NCBI GenBank assembly: GCA_963793615.1
Contig: CAWCAN010000006.1
Coordinates: forward strand, 3,499-67,498
Source of the DNA: an uncultured Chloroflexia bacterium
Lineage (GTDB): Bacteria; Chloroflexota; Anaerolineae; Anaerolineales; Anaerolineaceae
Length of the DNA: 64,000 nucleotides
Direction of reading: 5' to 3'
Within the stretch, counting starts at the first letter, position 1, and each line of letters opens with the position of its first letter. The notes under the pieces are model-generated. The model did no database searches. It was not told the origin of the DNA and saw nothing but the letters and a program-made list of their open reading frames with translations. The position numbers and the translations under genes were made by a program. This document shows positions 1-10,482 of the stretch, piece after piece.

Positions 1-1577
1 CCGATGGCCACCAGTTCGACCGTGCCTGCCGGCCCCCGTGCCCGCTCGGCCGCATATCGGGCACAGACCAACACGTCTTCCGCCCGCATCCCGACGTACG
101 AGCGGCCCAACAGGTAGGCGACGTACGCATCCTGATATTCCGGGCCGAATAATAGCCGCCTTCGCCCGAGGCGGCTGCGTCTGGCCCGTCCCGCGAAGAT
201 CGACCGCCAGGACGGCATCGCCGGCCTGCACCAATCGCTCGATGGGCCGCCGGGGGCCGCGTCGGCCGCCTTGCCCTGCTCGTGAACGTACAGCACGACG
301 CGGTCCGGCTTCGGCTTCTCGGGCAGGAACAACAGCGCCGGCAGCGACGATGCCCTCCTCGGGCTTGATCACGAGCTTCTCGATCTGGTAGCCCGTTCGC
401 GTGCAACCGTCCCGACGACTTCGACCTGCGGCTTGGGCAATTCCGACAGCTTGCGGATGCCGGCCAGCCGCCGCACCTGCGTCCAGCAGGGCCGTCCGGT
501 CGCCGGCTGCCCACGACGACTGCCCGCCGCTTCGCCAGTTCGTTCTCGTAGTCCTCGTTCAGGTCGTAGACCGAGCGTGCGCCCGGGCAGCGACATCACC
601 TTGCCGTCGGGCGTGCACTGGTATTCCTGCTCGCGTCAGCAGCGTGATCGGCGGCTCGATGATCGGCTGATCCTTGCCCAGCAGCCATCGCGACATCCAC
701 CGCGCCGCGCCTTCGCGTTGGATGGTGTTGTAGTTGTGCCCGGCGTCGTTTTCCAGGAGGTCGACGCGCTCGGCGAATCCCATGCGGGTGTAGAGCCGCT
801 TGGCGTAGCGGAAGGTGTCCCAGGTGCCGCCGATGTCGAAGAAGTCCTTGGTCGCGGCACAGATCAGCACCGGCGACGGCGCCCGCATCATGATGCAGTC
901 GGCATGGTCCATGCCGAAGGCCAACTGGCCGAAGATGTTCTGCTCGGCGTCCTGCGGCGCCGATCGTCGCCAGCAGCCGCGGCAAGCTCGTGAGGTAGCA
1001 GCTCGGCGCCGCCGCGCGGATGCGGTCGTCCAGGGCCATCAGGTAGCTGGTCTGCGTGCCGCCGCCGCTGTTGCCGGTGCAGCCGATCCGCTGCGGATCG
1101 ACCTCGGGCCGCGACTGGAGATAGTCGATCGCCCGCATGCCGTCCCAGATCTCGAAGCGCGCCGTGTTGCGGCCCAGCAGGATGCAGCCCATGCCGACCA
1201 TGCGTGTGGCCGCGGTGCCCCAGAGCTTCGGCCAGCCGCCTTCGCCGAGGTATTGGCCGCGCTCGCCCTGGTCGATCGGATCGAAGACCAGCGCCGCCAT
1301 GCCGTTGAGCGCCAGCAGGGCGCCCATCGACTGATACTCGTGCATGCCCTTGGCCTTCATCGCATGGCCGCACGGCACGAGCACGCCCGGATACGGCGGC
1401 TTGAAACGCTCGCGCGTCGGGCAGGAACAGCAGCGCCGTCACGTAATGCTTCGGCTGGCTCTCGAAGATGATCTTCTCCACGCGATAGCCGGGACGGGAA
1501 ATCGTGCCGACCGTCCGGGAGTTCAGCGGCGTTCGTTCGGGCAGACCGCCGATCGCTTCCAGGAACTTCTCGCGCAA
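1..1577 (-). CDS. alpha/beta hydrolase (acetyl-xylan-esterase / dienelactone-hydrolase-like); 3' end runs off the window; frame broken repeatedly
   Basis: Minus-strand ORFs 888..1577 (N-terminal part), 596..1384 (nucleophile elbow G-N-S-G-G-G) and 559..924 read as consecutive pieces of one hydrolase. More coding-looking minus-strand pieces (VVLYVHEQGKAADAAPGG / IERLVQAGDAVLAVDLRGTGQ) lie at ~180-300 in other frames. Confidence 0.55.
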
Positions 1578-1763
1578 CCGCTTCTGATAGGCGGCGATCT
1601 CCTATGACAGGATATATCAGGCCCAATATGTCCGTCATTTTTATTCCCCGGCCGAAATCGACGCCTTCCGTCGCCGCTGGCTTTGGGGCCGAAACGCCCG
1701 GCCTTCCGACAGCCCACTTGGGGCTCCGATGGCGGAAAACGCGGCCGAACCCGTGAGGCGGCC

Positions 1764-2561
1764 ATGAACCGGTTTCTCCGGGAAATCATTCTGCGGGCCG
1801 GGCAGATCACGATCGAATTCCGGCACAAGGCCGGCGGTCTGGCAATCGATCGCAAGTCCAAGAAGGACCTGGTCACTGAGGCCGATCGCGCCGTGGAGGA
1901 GTACCTGGTTGGGGAAATCCAGCAAAAGTTTCCCAGCCACGGGATCTTCGGCGAAGAAACCGGCCGCCGGGACGGAGACGAATTCTGCTGGGTGATCGAC
2001 CCCATCGACGGCACGACCTCGTATATTCACGGCCAGCCGTTTTACTCGGTTTCGATCGCGCTGCAGCAAAACGGCCGGGCGATCCTGGCGGCGGTCCATG
2101 CCCCGGCCCTGGGCGAATTGTTCGAGGCGACTGCGGGAGAAGGGGCGACCCTCAACGGCGAGCGGATCGGCGTCTCGAAGGAGTCCCGCCTGGACGATTC
2201 GCTGCTGGCGACGGGATTTGCCTGCATGAGGGATGGCCACGCGTATAACAATCTGCCGTATTTTCAGCAGATTTTGCCCCAGATTCGCGATATCCGGCGG
2301 ACCGGCTCGGCCGCGGTGGACCTGTCGTACATCGCCTGCGGCCGGCTGGAAGGATTCTGGGAACTGAACCTCAAACCCTACGATATCGCGGCAGGGGAGT
2401 TGATTGTGTCCGAGGCCGGCGGCCGGGTCACCGATTTTGCCGGAGACGCTGCGGGGCTGCCCGGCGAACTGATCGCCACCAACGGGAAAATTCACGATGC
2501 GATGATCGCGATCCTCGGCGGGATCAAGGCCCGGATCCTCGGCGACCGGGGAAAGGAATAA
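1764..2561 (+). CDS. suhB: inositol monophosphatase family protein
   Basis: ORF 1683..2561; likely ATG at 1764 (MNRFLREII). IMPase motifs WVIDPIDGTTSY and GSAAVDLSYIACGRLEGFWE are present. Confidence 0.85.
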   Translation: MNRFLREIILRAGQITIEFRHKAGGLAIDRKSKKDLVTEADRAVEEYLVGEIQQKFPSHGIFGEETGRRDGDEFCWVIDPIDGTTSYIHGQPFYSVSIALQQNGRAILAAVHAPALGELFEATAGEGATLNGERIGVSKESRLDDSLLATGFACMRDGHAYNNLPYFQQILPQIRDIRRTGSAAVDLSYIACGRLEGFWELNLKPYDIAAGELIVSEAGGRVTDFAGDAAGLPGELIATNGKIHDAMIAILGGIKARILGDRGKE

Positions 2562-2566
2562 CGACG

Positions 2567-2947
2567 ATGACGGACAAAGAAACCTTTTTCGACAAAGACA
2601 CCTTCGCCAAGTATTGCGGCATCGAGCTGATCGAGGCCGGCGGCGGCAACGCCGAAGCGCGACTGGCCATCCAGCCGCACCACCTCAACGGCGTGGGCAC
2701 CGTGCACGGGGGAATGATTTTTTCGCTGGCGGACCTGGCCTTCGCGGCCGCGTGCAATTCGCACGGCACGGTGGCCGTGGCCATCAATGTCAACATTCAA
2801 TATCTCAAGGCGATTTCCAGCGGCGTCCTGATCGCCAGGGCCAAAGAAGTATCGCTGAGCCGCAAGATCGGCACCTATTCGGTCCAGGTCACCGACGGCG
2901 AGGGCAACCTCATCGCCTCGTTTCAGGGCATGGCGTACAGGAAATAA
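2567..2947 (+). CDS. PaaI/4HBT-family hotdog-fold thioesterase
   Basis: 126-aa ORF with NGVGTVHGGMIFSLADLAFAAA, typical of PaaI-type thioesterases. Starts 6 nt after the suhB stop. Confidence 0.8.
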   Translation: MTDKETFFDKDTFAKYCGIELIEAGGGNAEARLAIQPHHLNGVGTVHGGMIFSLADLAFAAACNSHGTVAVAINVNIQYLKAISSGVLIARAKEVSLSRKIGTYSVQVTDGEGNLIASFQGMAYRK

Positions 2948-3028
2948 GTCAATCTGTGGACTCTCTTTTTGCTTGCGGGCTTGGGGTCTGCGCGGAAATG
3001 ACAAAGAAGGGCACGACATGCCGTGTCC

Positions 3029-4272
3029 CTACCGGGCAAGGGTCAGTGGCAAAGTAATGCGGAAGGCGTTGTCGGCAAGATCGAGGGTGATCGAGCCGTT
3101 GTGGGTTTGGGCGATGCGGCGGGCGATGGCCAGGCCCAGGCCGGTGCTGAGTCTGGCCGCGGTCGGGCTCGTAGGGGGTGAAGATTTCGTCAGCTTTTGA
3201 CGGGTCGAGGGCCGGGCCGGAGTCGGAGATGAGGATCTCGACGGCGGCATTGTTTGCGTTGGGGCGGCACTCGATGCGAATAGAGCCGGGCTGGGCACCG
3301 ATGCGGTCGAGGGAATAGAGGATCAGGTTGCCGATCATCTCGGTGACGCGGGCCGAATCGAGGGAGACCGATTTTGGCGCCGCATCGAGCCAAAGGTCGA
3401 GCTTGACGGAGCGCGTCTGGAGGACGGCGGCGAAGGTCTCGGCGACGGCGGCGATGATCGCGGCCGGATCGGCGGGGGCGAACTCGAAGGGACGCGGGCG
3501 ACTAAAGTCGAGCATGTCGAGGGTGAATTTCTTCATTCGCTGGAGGTTGGGCTGGAGGATGTCCCAGCTCCGCTGGAGGCGGTCGTAGTGTTTGTTCTTG
3601 AGGGCAAATTCGATGACCTCGCCTGCGCCGCAGACCATCTGGAGGATGTTTTTGACGGCGTGCGACATTTTCTGGGCGGCCAGGCCCGCTTCGGCCATGG
3701 CGGCGTTGTTGACGGACTGGCAGAGGAGTCGCCGGTGATCCCAGAGAAGGGCCAGAAGGCCCGCGGCCAACTCGAGGACGGCCAGGTCGCCTTCGTTCCA
3801 GGGGCGCGGGGACACGGGCGTCGGCGTAGATGGCGCCGATGCACCGTCCGGAAAGCGTCATGGGCACGCACAGGACGGAGACGATATTGAATCGCTGGAG
3901 TTGCGGGTCGGCGGCGAAGGGGGAGTTTTGACCGGCATCGTCGAGGAGGATGGATTGGCCGTCGCCCAGAACGGCGGCGAGAATCGCATCGCTGGCCGTG
4001 ACCAGCGACGGATCGCTGTGCGGGGCATGGGCGGAACCGACGGGACGGGGGTTTGCGGCGGCCGAGCCGGCCAGCACGACATGGACATTGTCGGCGTCGA
4101 GGCCGTCGCGGATCCATTCGGCCGCGGGGACAAAGTCGTTGGCTGTTCGATGCGGGCCGGCATCGAGGCCGCGAAAGGACAAAAGCCAATCGAGCGGAGC
4201 GGGGTGTTGCTCCGCGGGGGCCGCGTCGATCGTTTGCCGGTCGAGTCCGAGTCTGATTGCCGTTTCAGTCAT
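3029..4272 (-). CDS. GAF-domain sensor histidine kinase (two frame breaks)
   Basis: ORF 3502..4272 gives the N-terminal GAF-like part. ORF 2949..3815 gives the DHp part (H-box region SHAVKNILQ) and N-box. ORF 3029..3298 supplies the G-box tail (STGLGLAIARRIAQTHNGSITL). Breaks lie near ~3810 and ~3170. Confidence 0.75.
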
Positions 4273-4482
4273 CTGGGATCTCCATTTAGGTTCAGGGATT
4301 CACACCGGATGTATCGAACGGAAAAGATGGAGACTTAACGGCCCGGTCCTGTGCGATGGTCCGATAATTTCCGTCACGGCAATGAACCGCGATGCGGACA
4401 TTCCTCAGGGCTCGTTACAGAACGGACAGGACTCAAAGTCGATCGAACAAATGGCCGATACACCCTTTGAGAATACGACCCT

Positions 4483-4848
4483 TTGTCGAAAGGCGATGAT
4501 ATGAGCGGTAGCAGGATGCGTGCGGGAATGACGGTGGCGGAATTGCTGATCGTGATCTTTGTGCTGGCGGCGGTCGCGGCGGTGGCGGTGCCGCGGATTT
4601 CTCGCAGCGCCGAGCTATCCCAGGAGAATAACTGTCGGCGGAATGCCGGCCTGATCAACGCGGCGATCGAGCTGTATGCCAAGGACAACGGGGGGAACTA
4701 CCCGGCCGACGCTGCCGCGTTTAAAACCATTATTATGGACAATCTTCTGTATCTTCCCGAAGGGGCGCCGATCTGCCCGATGGGCGGGCAATTCCAGTAC
4801 GACCCGGCGACACGACGGGTATCCTGCTCGCACATGGCCGGTCGTTGA
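4483..4848 (+). CDS. prepilin-type N-terminal cleavage/methylation-domain protein (pseudopilin/pilin-like)
   Basis: N-terminus RAG|MTVAELLIVIFVLAAVAAVAV has Gly at -1, Glu at +5 and a hydrophobic helix, which is a class III signal. An ATG alternative start is at 4501. Confidence 0.6.
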   Translation: MSKGDDMSGSRMRAGMTVAELLIVIFVLAAVAAVAVPRISRSAELSQENNCRRNAGLINAAIELYAKDNGGNYPADAAAFKTIIMDNLLYLPEGAPICPMGGQFQYDPATRRVSCSHMAGR

Positions 4849-5173
4849 GACCGGACAATCATCCTTTGTGAATCCGTTATGCGGTGATGGTCTGCGCAAA
4901 AAATAAAGCCAGATTCCGATACAAAGCAGAATCTGGCTTCGGAGGAGGGTGATGAAAAGCCATTGAAAATGATTTCAAAGAACGGCTCTTTTGTTCTATC
5001 GGAATATCGAATATAATTCTTTAGAAAATCGAGAGTATGATAAGGCATCCAGGCGGTTTCGGGTCAAGAGGAAATTGGCAAAAAAATAAAATTTTTGTGG
5101 AAACTGCGGCGGATGGGCCGGACAATAGGGCAATGCGAGACAGGAATCGGGGTTAGGATTAGCGCAACTACTT

Positions 5174-6039
5174 ATGGATAAACGATTTACGATACTGGAC
5201 CTGCTGGAGGCCAAGACGGCCGGACGGAAGATTGTGGCGGTAAGCTGCTACGATTATACGACGGCGCGGCTGGTGGCCGCGGCGGGGGTGGAGATGATCC
5301 TGGTGGGGGATTCGGCGGCGCAGGTGCTGCTGGGGCACGACTGGACGCTGCCGGCGACGATGGATTTTATGGTGGCGATTACGGCGGCGGTCCGGCGGGC
5401 GGCGCCGCTGGCGTGTCTGGTGGCGGATATGCCGTTTTTGTCGTACCAGACGTGGGTGGGCGATGCGGTGCGGAATGCCGGGCGGTTTGTGCAGGAGGCG
5501 GGGGCCCAGGTGATCAAGATCGAGGCGAGCAACGCGTATCTCGATGTGGTTAAAGCGGTTAGCGATGCGGGGATGGCGGTGATGGCGCATATCGGGATCC
5601 GGCCGCAGAGTGTCGTCAAGCTGGGCAGGCTCAAGGCGGAGGGGACGACGGCGGATCTGGCGTGGGAGCTGATCTCAGCGCCGACCAGATGGTGCGGCGG
5701 GGGCCAGCGCCCTGCTGCTGGAGGGGACGGCGCGGGAGGTGGCGGGATTCATCACGCGGCGGGTGTCCGGTGCCGGTGATCAGTTGCGGGTCGGGGCCGG
5801 ATTGCGACGGGCAGATTTTGATCATGTCGGACATTCTGGGGATCAGCCCGTGCGGGCGGCCGAAGTTTTCGCAGGCGTATGTCGATCTGTCGGGGCCGAT
5901 CACCGAGGCGGTGGGCGATTATGCCCGGCAGGTGCGGTCGGGGGCGTTTCCGGATGACGAGCACTCCTACCACATCAAGGCGGGGCAATTCGAGAAGCTG
6001 ACGGAGATGGTGGGCGGCGGGCGGGAGGGGGAATCCTGA
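5174..6039 (+). CDS. panB: 3-methyl-2-oxobutanoate hydroxymethyltransferase (frame broken at ~5650-5760)
   Basis: ORF 5174..5779 matches the PanB N-terminal two thirds (YDYTTARL, MILVGDS, VADMPF, VKIE, HIG.RPQS). ORF 5662..6039 gives the C-terminal part (VPVISCGSGPDCDGQILIMSDILG...EHSYH). Confidence 0.8.
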
Positions 6040-6147
6040 CATGGGGACTCCCTTTATTGGGCGAGACATTTCACAGGCAACTGTTGGATTCGGGCTGTTT
6101 GTTGACCACCGGGGTCCTGATTTCATTTCAAACCAAGGTCGGCCGTT

Positions 6148-7318
6148 ATGTCGGATGAAACCGCCCAAACCGAAGACACTGCCGATTCCGGTGTCGGCGC
6201 AGGTCCGACCGGCGATGATCGTCGATGCGGCGTTTTTGTCGGAGAACGCTCGATGCTCCGGCGGTTTTTGGTGGCGCTGGTGTCGGACGGATTTTCGCCG
6301 ATCGTCGCCGGGCCGGGATCGCTGAAGGGATCGGACATCCTGAGCCCGTCGGTGGAGGTGGCGGAGTACCCGGTGTTTCATATTCCATTATTGTGGACGC
6401 AGAATTTCACCTTGCTGCTGGAGACGCTGGAGGAGCTGGGGCCGACGGTGCTGCATTGCCTGTCGCCGCGGCGGATCGGGCTGACGGAGGCGCTGGCCGA
6501 GGCGATGGAGATTCCGTATGTGGCGACCTTCACGCGGTGGCCGCGGATGCTGTTTCGGCCGAAGATCCGGGCGACGCATTGCGGGCAGTTGATCGGGACG
6601 ACGGCGGCGGTGGCCGGGCGGCTGGGCCGGGAGTATCCGGCGATGGCGGCGTCGATCTGCCAGGTCAGCGCGGGGGATTTCGTGGAGGATCGCTGCGCGT
6701 GCTATTCGCAGCCGAACCGGCAGACCAGCGTGATCGTCGGTGCAGCCGCTGGAGGACGAGCGGTTTTTTGAAGCGTTGCTCAACGCGGTGCGGCATCTGG
6801 CGATTGATGGGCACGATTTTGCGCTGGCGATCCTGGGGCAGGGCAAGGCGTCGGGGGTCATTCACCAGACGATTCGGAAGCTGGGGTTGTCGCGGATGGT
6901 GACGGTGACGCCGGTGATCGAGCCGTTGCAGACGGTGCTGTCGGCGGCGGACCTGTTCCTGCAGTCGGGCCGGCCGCTGGATATCAACCCGGCGCTGCTG
7001 GACGCGATGAGCGTGGGAATGGCGGTGGCGCTATCCAAGGATGGGCTGGAGGATACGCTGATCCCGGGCAAGGCCGCCGAGTACTTTGATCCGGCCGACG
7101 AATACAGCATCTACACATGCCTGCAGAAACTGCTGACGCAGAAGGAATATGCCCAGTCGCTGGCGCGGGGAGCCCAGGACTACATGCGGCAGCATCATTC
7201 GGTAAGCCGGATGACGGAGGAAATGATCCGCATCTACCAACACGCCCAGGACTGGCACCAGGCCCAAAACAAACCGGCCGCCGCGGCGGCCGGTACGAAT
7301 TCGGGACAAACAGGTTAG
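6148..7318 (+). CDS. GT1/GT4-family glycosyltransferase (one frame break ~6750)
   Basis: ORFs 6148..6771 and 6740..7318 abut. The C-terminal half has a GT-B-like layout (...LGQGK...LGLS..V...G......L..ADLFLQ...). An internal Met at 6253 is an alternative start. Confidence 0.55.
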
Positions 7319-7350
7319 ACTGTAACGATATTCAGCAAGCGTCCCGGCGA

Positions 7351-8224
7351 TCAGGCCAGCAGGCCGTAGGCCGTGAGGATCTTGCGGAGTTCGTTTCGCT
7401 TGCCGTCTTCCAGGGGGACCATCGGCAGACGCATTTCGTCGGAGGCCATCTCGAGCATGGCCATCGCGGCCTTGATCGGGATGGGGTTGGTCGCCAGGCT
7501 CAGCAGACTCTTGGACAGCGCGAAGAGCTTGTGGTGCCACTTGCGGGCCGAGACAAAATCGCCTTCCAGGATCAGGTCGGTCATGGCCTTGACATCGGCG
7601 GGGACGATGTTGGCGACGACGCTGATGACGCCCTTGCCGCCGACGGAGGCGATGGGCAGCGTGAGCGAATCGTCGCCGGAGAGGATCGTCAGGTCGCAGC
7701 GGGAGGCGATCTCGCTGGCCTGGTCGAGCGAGCCGGTGGCTTCCTTGATGGCGACGATGTTGTCGAGTCTCGCGAGAGCCGGGCGATGGTGTCCGGGGTC
7801 AGGCCTGCGCCGCAGCGGCCGGGGATGTTGTAGAGGACGATCGGCATATCGACCTCCTCGGCGATGGCCTTGAAGTGCTGGTAGAGGCCTTCCTGCGTGG
7901 GCTTGTTGTAGTAGGGGCAGACCTGCAGGGAGGCGTCGGCGCCGGCCTTCTTGGCGAAGGCGGTCAGCTCGATGGCCTCGGCGGTGGAGTTGGAGCCGGT
8001 GCCGGCGATGACGGGGATGCGGCCGTCGGCGGCACGGACGATCCGCTCGATGACCTGCTCGTGCTCTTCGTAGTCGAGGGTGGGCGATTCGCCGGTGGTG
8101 CCGACGGGGACGATGCCGTCGGTGCCGCTCTTGATCTGGAATCGACCAGCTCGTCGAGGGTTTCGAAATCCACTTCGCCGTCGCTGAAGGGCGTAATCAG
8201 AGCCACCATGGAACCGCTAAACAT
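7351..8224 (-). CDS. dapA: 4-hydroxy-tetrahydrodipicolinate synthase (several frame breaks)
   Basis: The N-terminus [28 protein letters not shown] is inside ORF 7964..8356, with its ATG at 8224. The C-terminus is ORF 7351..7584 (...[14 protein letters not shown]...MRLPMVPL). The middle part is readable only in shifted frames. Confidence 0.8.
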
Positions 8225-8291
8225 ATTGTTCTCCCGCATTTTCTGTTGTGATTGCGGCCGCGGCCGAATCGCCCGGCCGACGGTCCCGTGA

Positions 8292-9025
8292 TCAGCCTTC
8301 GGGCCCGTCTTGTATTTGTCGATGAGGCGGATCATTTCTCGGACGGCTTGTCGCATGCCGACCAGGACGGCGCGGGCGACGATGCTGTGGCCGATGTTGA
8401 ATTCGCCCAGGTCCTCGATCCGCGACCGGCCCGATGTTGCGATAGGTCAGGCCGTGCCCGGCATGAACGATCAGGCCCGCGGCCCGCGCCATGTCGCGGG
8501 CGTCGCGCAGCTCGTTGAGCTGCCGTTCGATCTGGGCATCGGTTGGGCGTTGGCGTAGGCGCCGGTGTGCAGCTCGACGGCGTCGCAGCCGGCTTCGGCG
8601 GAGGCGAAGATCTGTTCTTTGTCCGGCATGATAAAGGCGCTGACGCAGATGCCCTTCTTGTGCATCCGCTTGACGACGGCGATCGAGCGTTTGAGGCCGC
8701 CGACACAGTCCAGGCCGCCTTCGGTGGTCAGCTCTGGCGGCTTTCGGGCACGAGGGTGACCTGGTCGGGCCTGATGCGCTCGGCGATCTTGACGATCGGT
8801 TCGGCCAGGCACATTTCGAGGTTGAATTTGCAGGCGACGGTCTCGCTTGAGGACCGCGACGTCGCGGTCGTTGATGTGGCGGCGGTCCTCGCGCAGGTGG
8901 ACGGTGATGCCGTTGGCCCCGGCCAGCTCGCACTGGACGGCCGCCCAGACCGGGTCCGGCTCGTCGGTCCGGCGGGCCTGGCGGATCGTGGCGACATGGT
9001 CGATATTGACATTCAGAACGGCCAT
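8292..9025 (-). CDS. pdxJ: pyridoxine 5'-phosphate synthase (several frame breaks; 3' end uncertain)
   Basis: ORF 8471..9025 starts [26 protein letters not shown]...[13 protein letters not shown]. Later PdxJ segments ([33 protein letters not shown]) appear in the two other minus frames. Confidence 0.8.
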
Positions 9026-9103
9026 ACAAGTCCTTTATGATTTCCCGATTTCGCGGGGGCATTATACCATCGACAGGCCCAGTGGCAAGGAAGAATTCGG
9101 GAT

Positions 9104-9131
9104 TGAATATTGACTATTGAATATTGACTAT
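9104..9131. repeat. perfect 14-bp tandem duplication tgaatattgactat x2 at the compositional switch
   Basis: Read directly: 9104..9117 and 9118..9131 are identical. Confidence 0.9.
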
Positions 9132-10414
9132 TGCGGAATTAGTCGGATTTTTGCTCCCACCCCCTCTGAAGCCTTAAGAGTATTAATTGCTTCCAAGAAT
9201 GAGTTGCTATTAAAAGTATTAACCACCATTCTTGAGTCAGATAATGTAGCGATTCTTACAACAGCGAATTATTGGAAGATGGAATTGTACAGGCGGTTCG
9301 TTCCACCCAACCGGATATTGTTTTCTATGATTATCAATATTCCTCATTGGATGAAACATTGGATGTCGTAGACGATATTACCATCTTGCAGCCAGATGTA
9401 GCCACAATTGTTATCCTGCCGGAGGAAGAAATTGGAAACGCCAACCGGGTAATTTTGGCAGGGGCACGTGCTTTCCTGGCATATCCATTTACCCGGGCTA
9501 ATTTGCTGACAACCCTGCACCGGGTGAAAGAATTGCGTTCACGGGTAACCTCGTCCATCCATGGCGCAGGTATGGGTGAAGAAAAAATGAAAACCGAACG
9601 CACTTTATTGGTTTTCAGCCCAAAAGGCGGGGTGGGTTGCTCAACTGTTGCTTCCAACCTGGCGATTGCCATGTACCAGGAAAGTGATGATGAAGTCTTA
9701 CTGCTGGATGGCAAGCATTTGTTTGGAGACATTGGCTTGATGTTGAACATCAAGACTGCGAATTCGATTGCAGATTTGATCCCGCATGCTGGCTCGTTGG
9801 ATGAAAACCTGGTTCGCCAGGTGGTAATCCGACATGCCTCGGGAATTCAGGTGCTGCCCAGTCCGTTCTCCGCAACCATTGCCCAGAGTATCCGCCCGGA
9901 TGACCTGTTCAGTGTCATTCAAGGGTTGCAGAAAGTTTTCCCCAACATCATTGTGGATGGCGGCAACTATCTCAATGATGAAGTAGTGACCATGATGGAT
10001 ACTTCCCAGCGGGTAATCCTGGTTATCACACCTGACCTGGCTTCCTTGCGTGATGCCCGGCTTTTCCTGGACATCTGCCGGACGCTATCTTATCCCCGCG
10101 AGAAAATTTTACTGATAATCAACAAGTTTAGCGGGAAAAATGATGTTGCCCTGAGTGAAGTGGAAAAAGTGCTGCGTACAAAAATCTTCGGAGTAATTCC
10201 GGCAGATGAGAGTATTGCTTTGAACAGCTTGAATGAAGGTGTACCGATCATCCTTAAGCGTCCCGGGCATGTAATAAGTAAAGCCTATAAGAAAATTGCC
10301 AAAAGCTTATTGGAATTAGGACTTGGCATCAGCATCCAGAACACCCACTTCGGATGTTCTCATGAGAACATCACGGCTTGGATAAATGTTCGAGTTAAGG
10401 TGTTCATTGACTAA
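9117..10414 (+). CDS. cpaE: TadZ/CpaE-like pilus assembly protein: receiver-like domain plus MinD/ParA-type ATPase domain (frame break ~9265; 5' end unclear)
   Basis: Frame 9117 gives LRVLIASKNELLLKVLTTILES. Frame 9272 continues the REC-like fold, then LLVFSPKGGVGCSTVASNLA (deviant Walker A) and the rest of a MinD-like domain. There is no ATG with an RBS at the 5' end. Confidence 0.75.
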
Positions 10415-10482
10415 AGAGACTGTCATCTTTATTTTGGTACTGATTTACGGCAGGTGGCTTTATCACCCTCCTGGCTGTATTT

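Noticed and set aside
8224-8356. Apparent in-frame fusion of the pdxJ C-terminus with the dapA N-terminus (ORF 7964..8356 reads through both)
   Set aside because: A TGA is available one frame over at ~8292. The segment is riddled with frame errors, so loss of the pdxJ stop by an indel is more likely than a real fusion protein.
433-9040. Many long ORFs antisense to or overlapping the called genes in the GC-rich segment (for example 433..993, 815..1471, 1641..2495, 3533..4189, 6225..6902, 7117..7833, 8543..9040)
   Set aside because: GC-rich DNA lacks stop codons in all frames. These translations are Arg/Pro/Gly/Ala-rich and low-complexity, whereas the opposite or shifted frame gives recognisable conserved proteins.
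1-9050. GC-rich block interpreted as a horizontally acquired genomic island
   Set aside because: It consists of core biosynthetic genes (panB, dapA, pdxJ, suhB). It has no mobility genes or att-like repeats and ends inside a truncated gene context. A chimeric assembly or bin join is more plausible.
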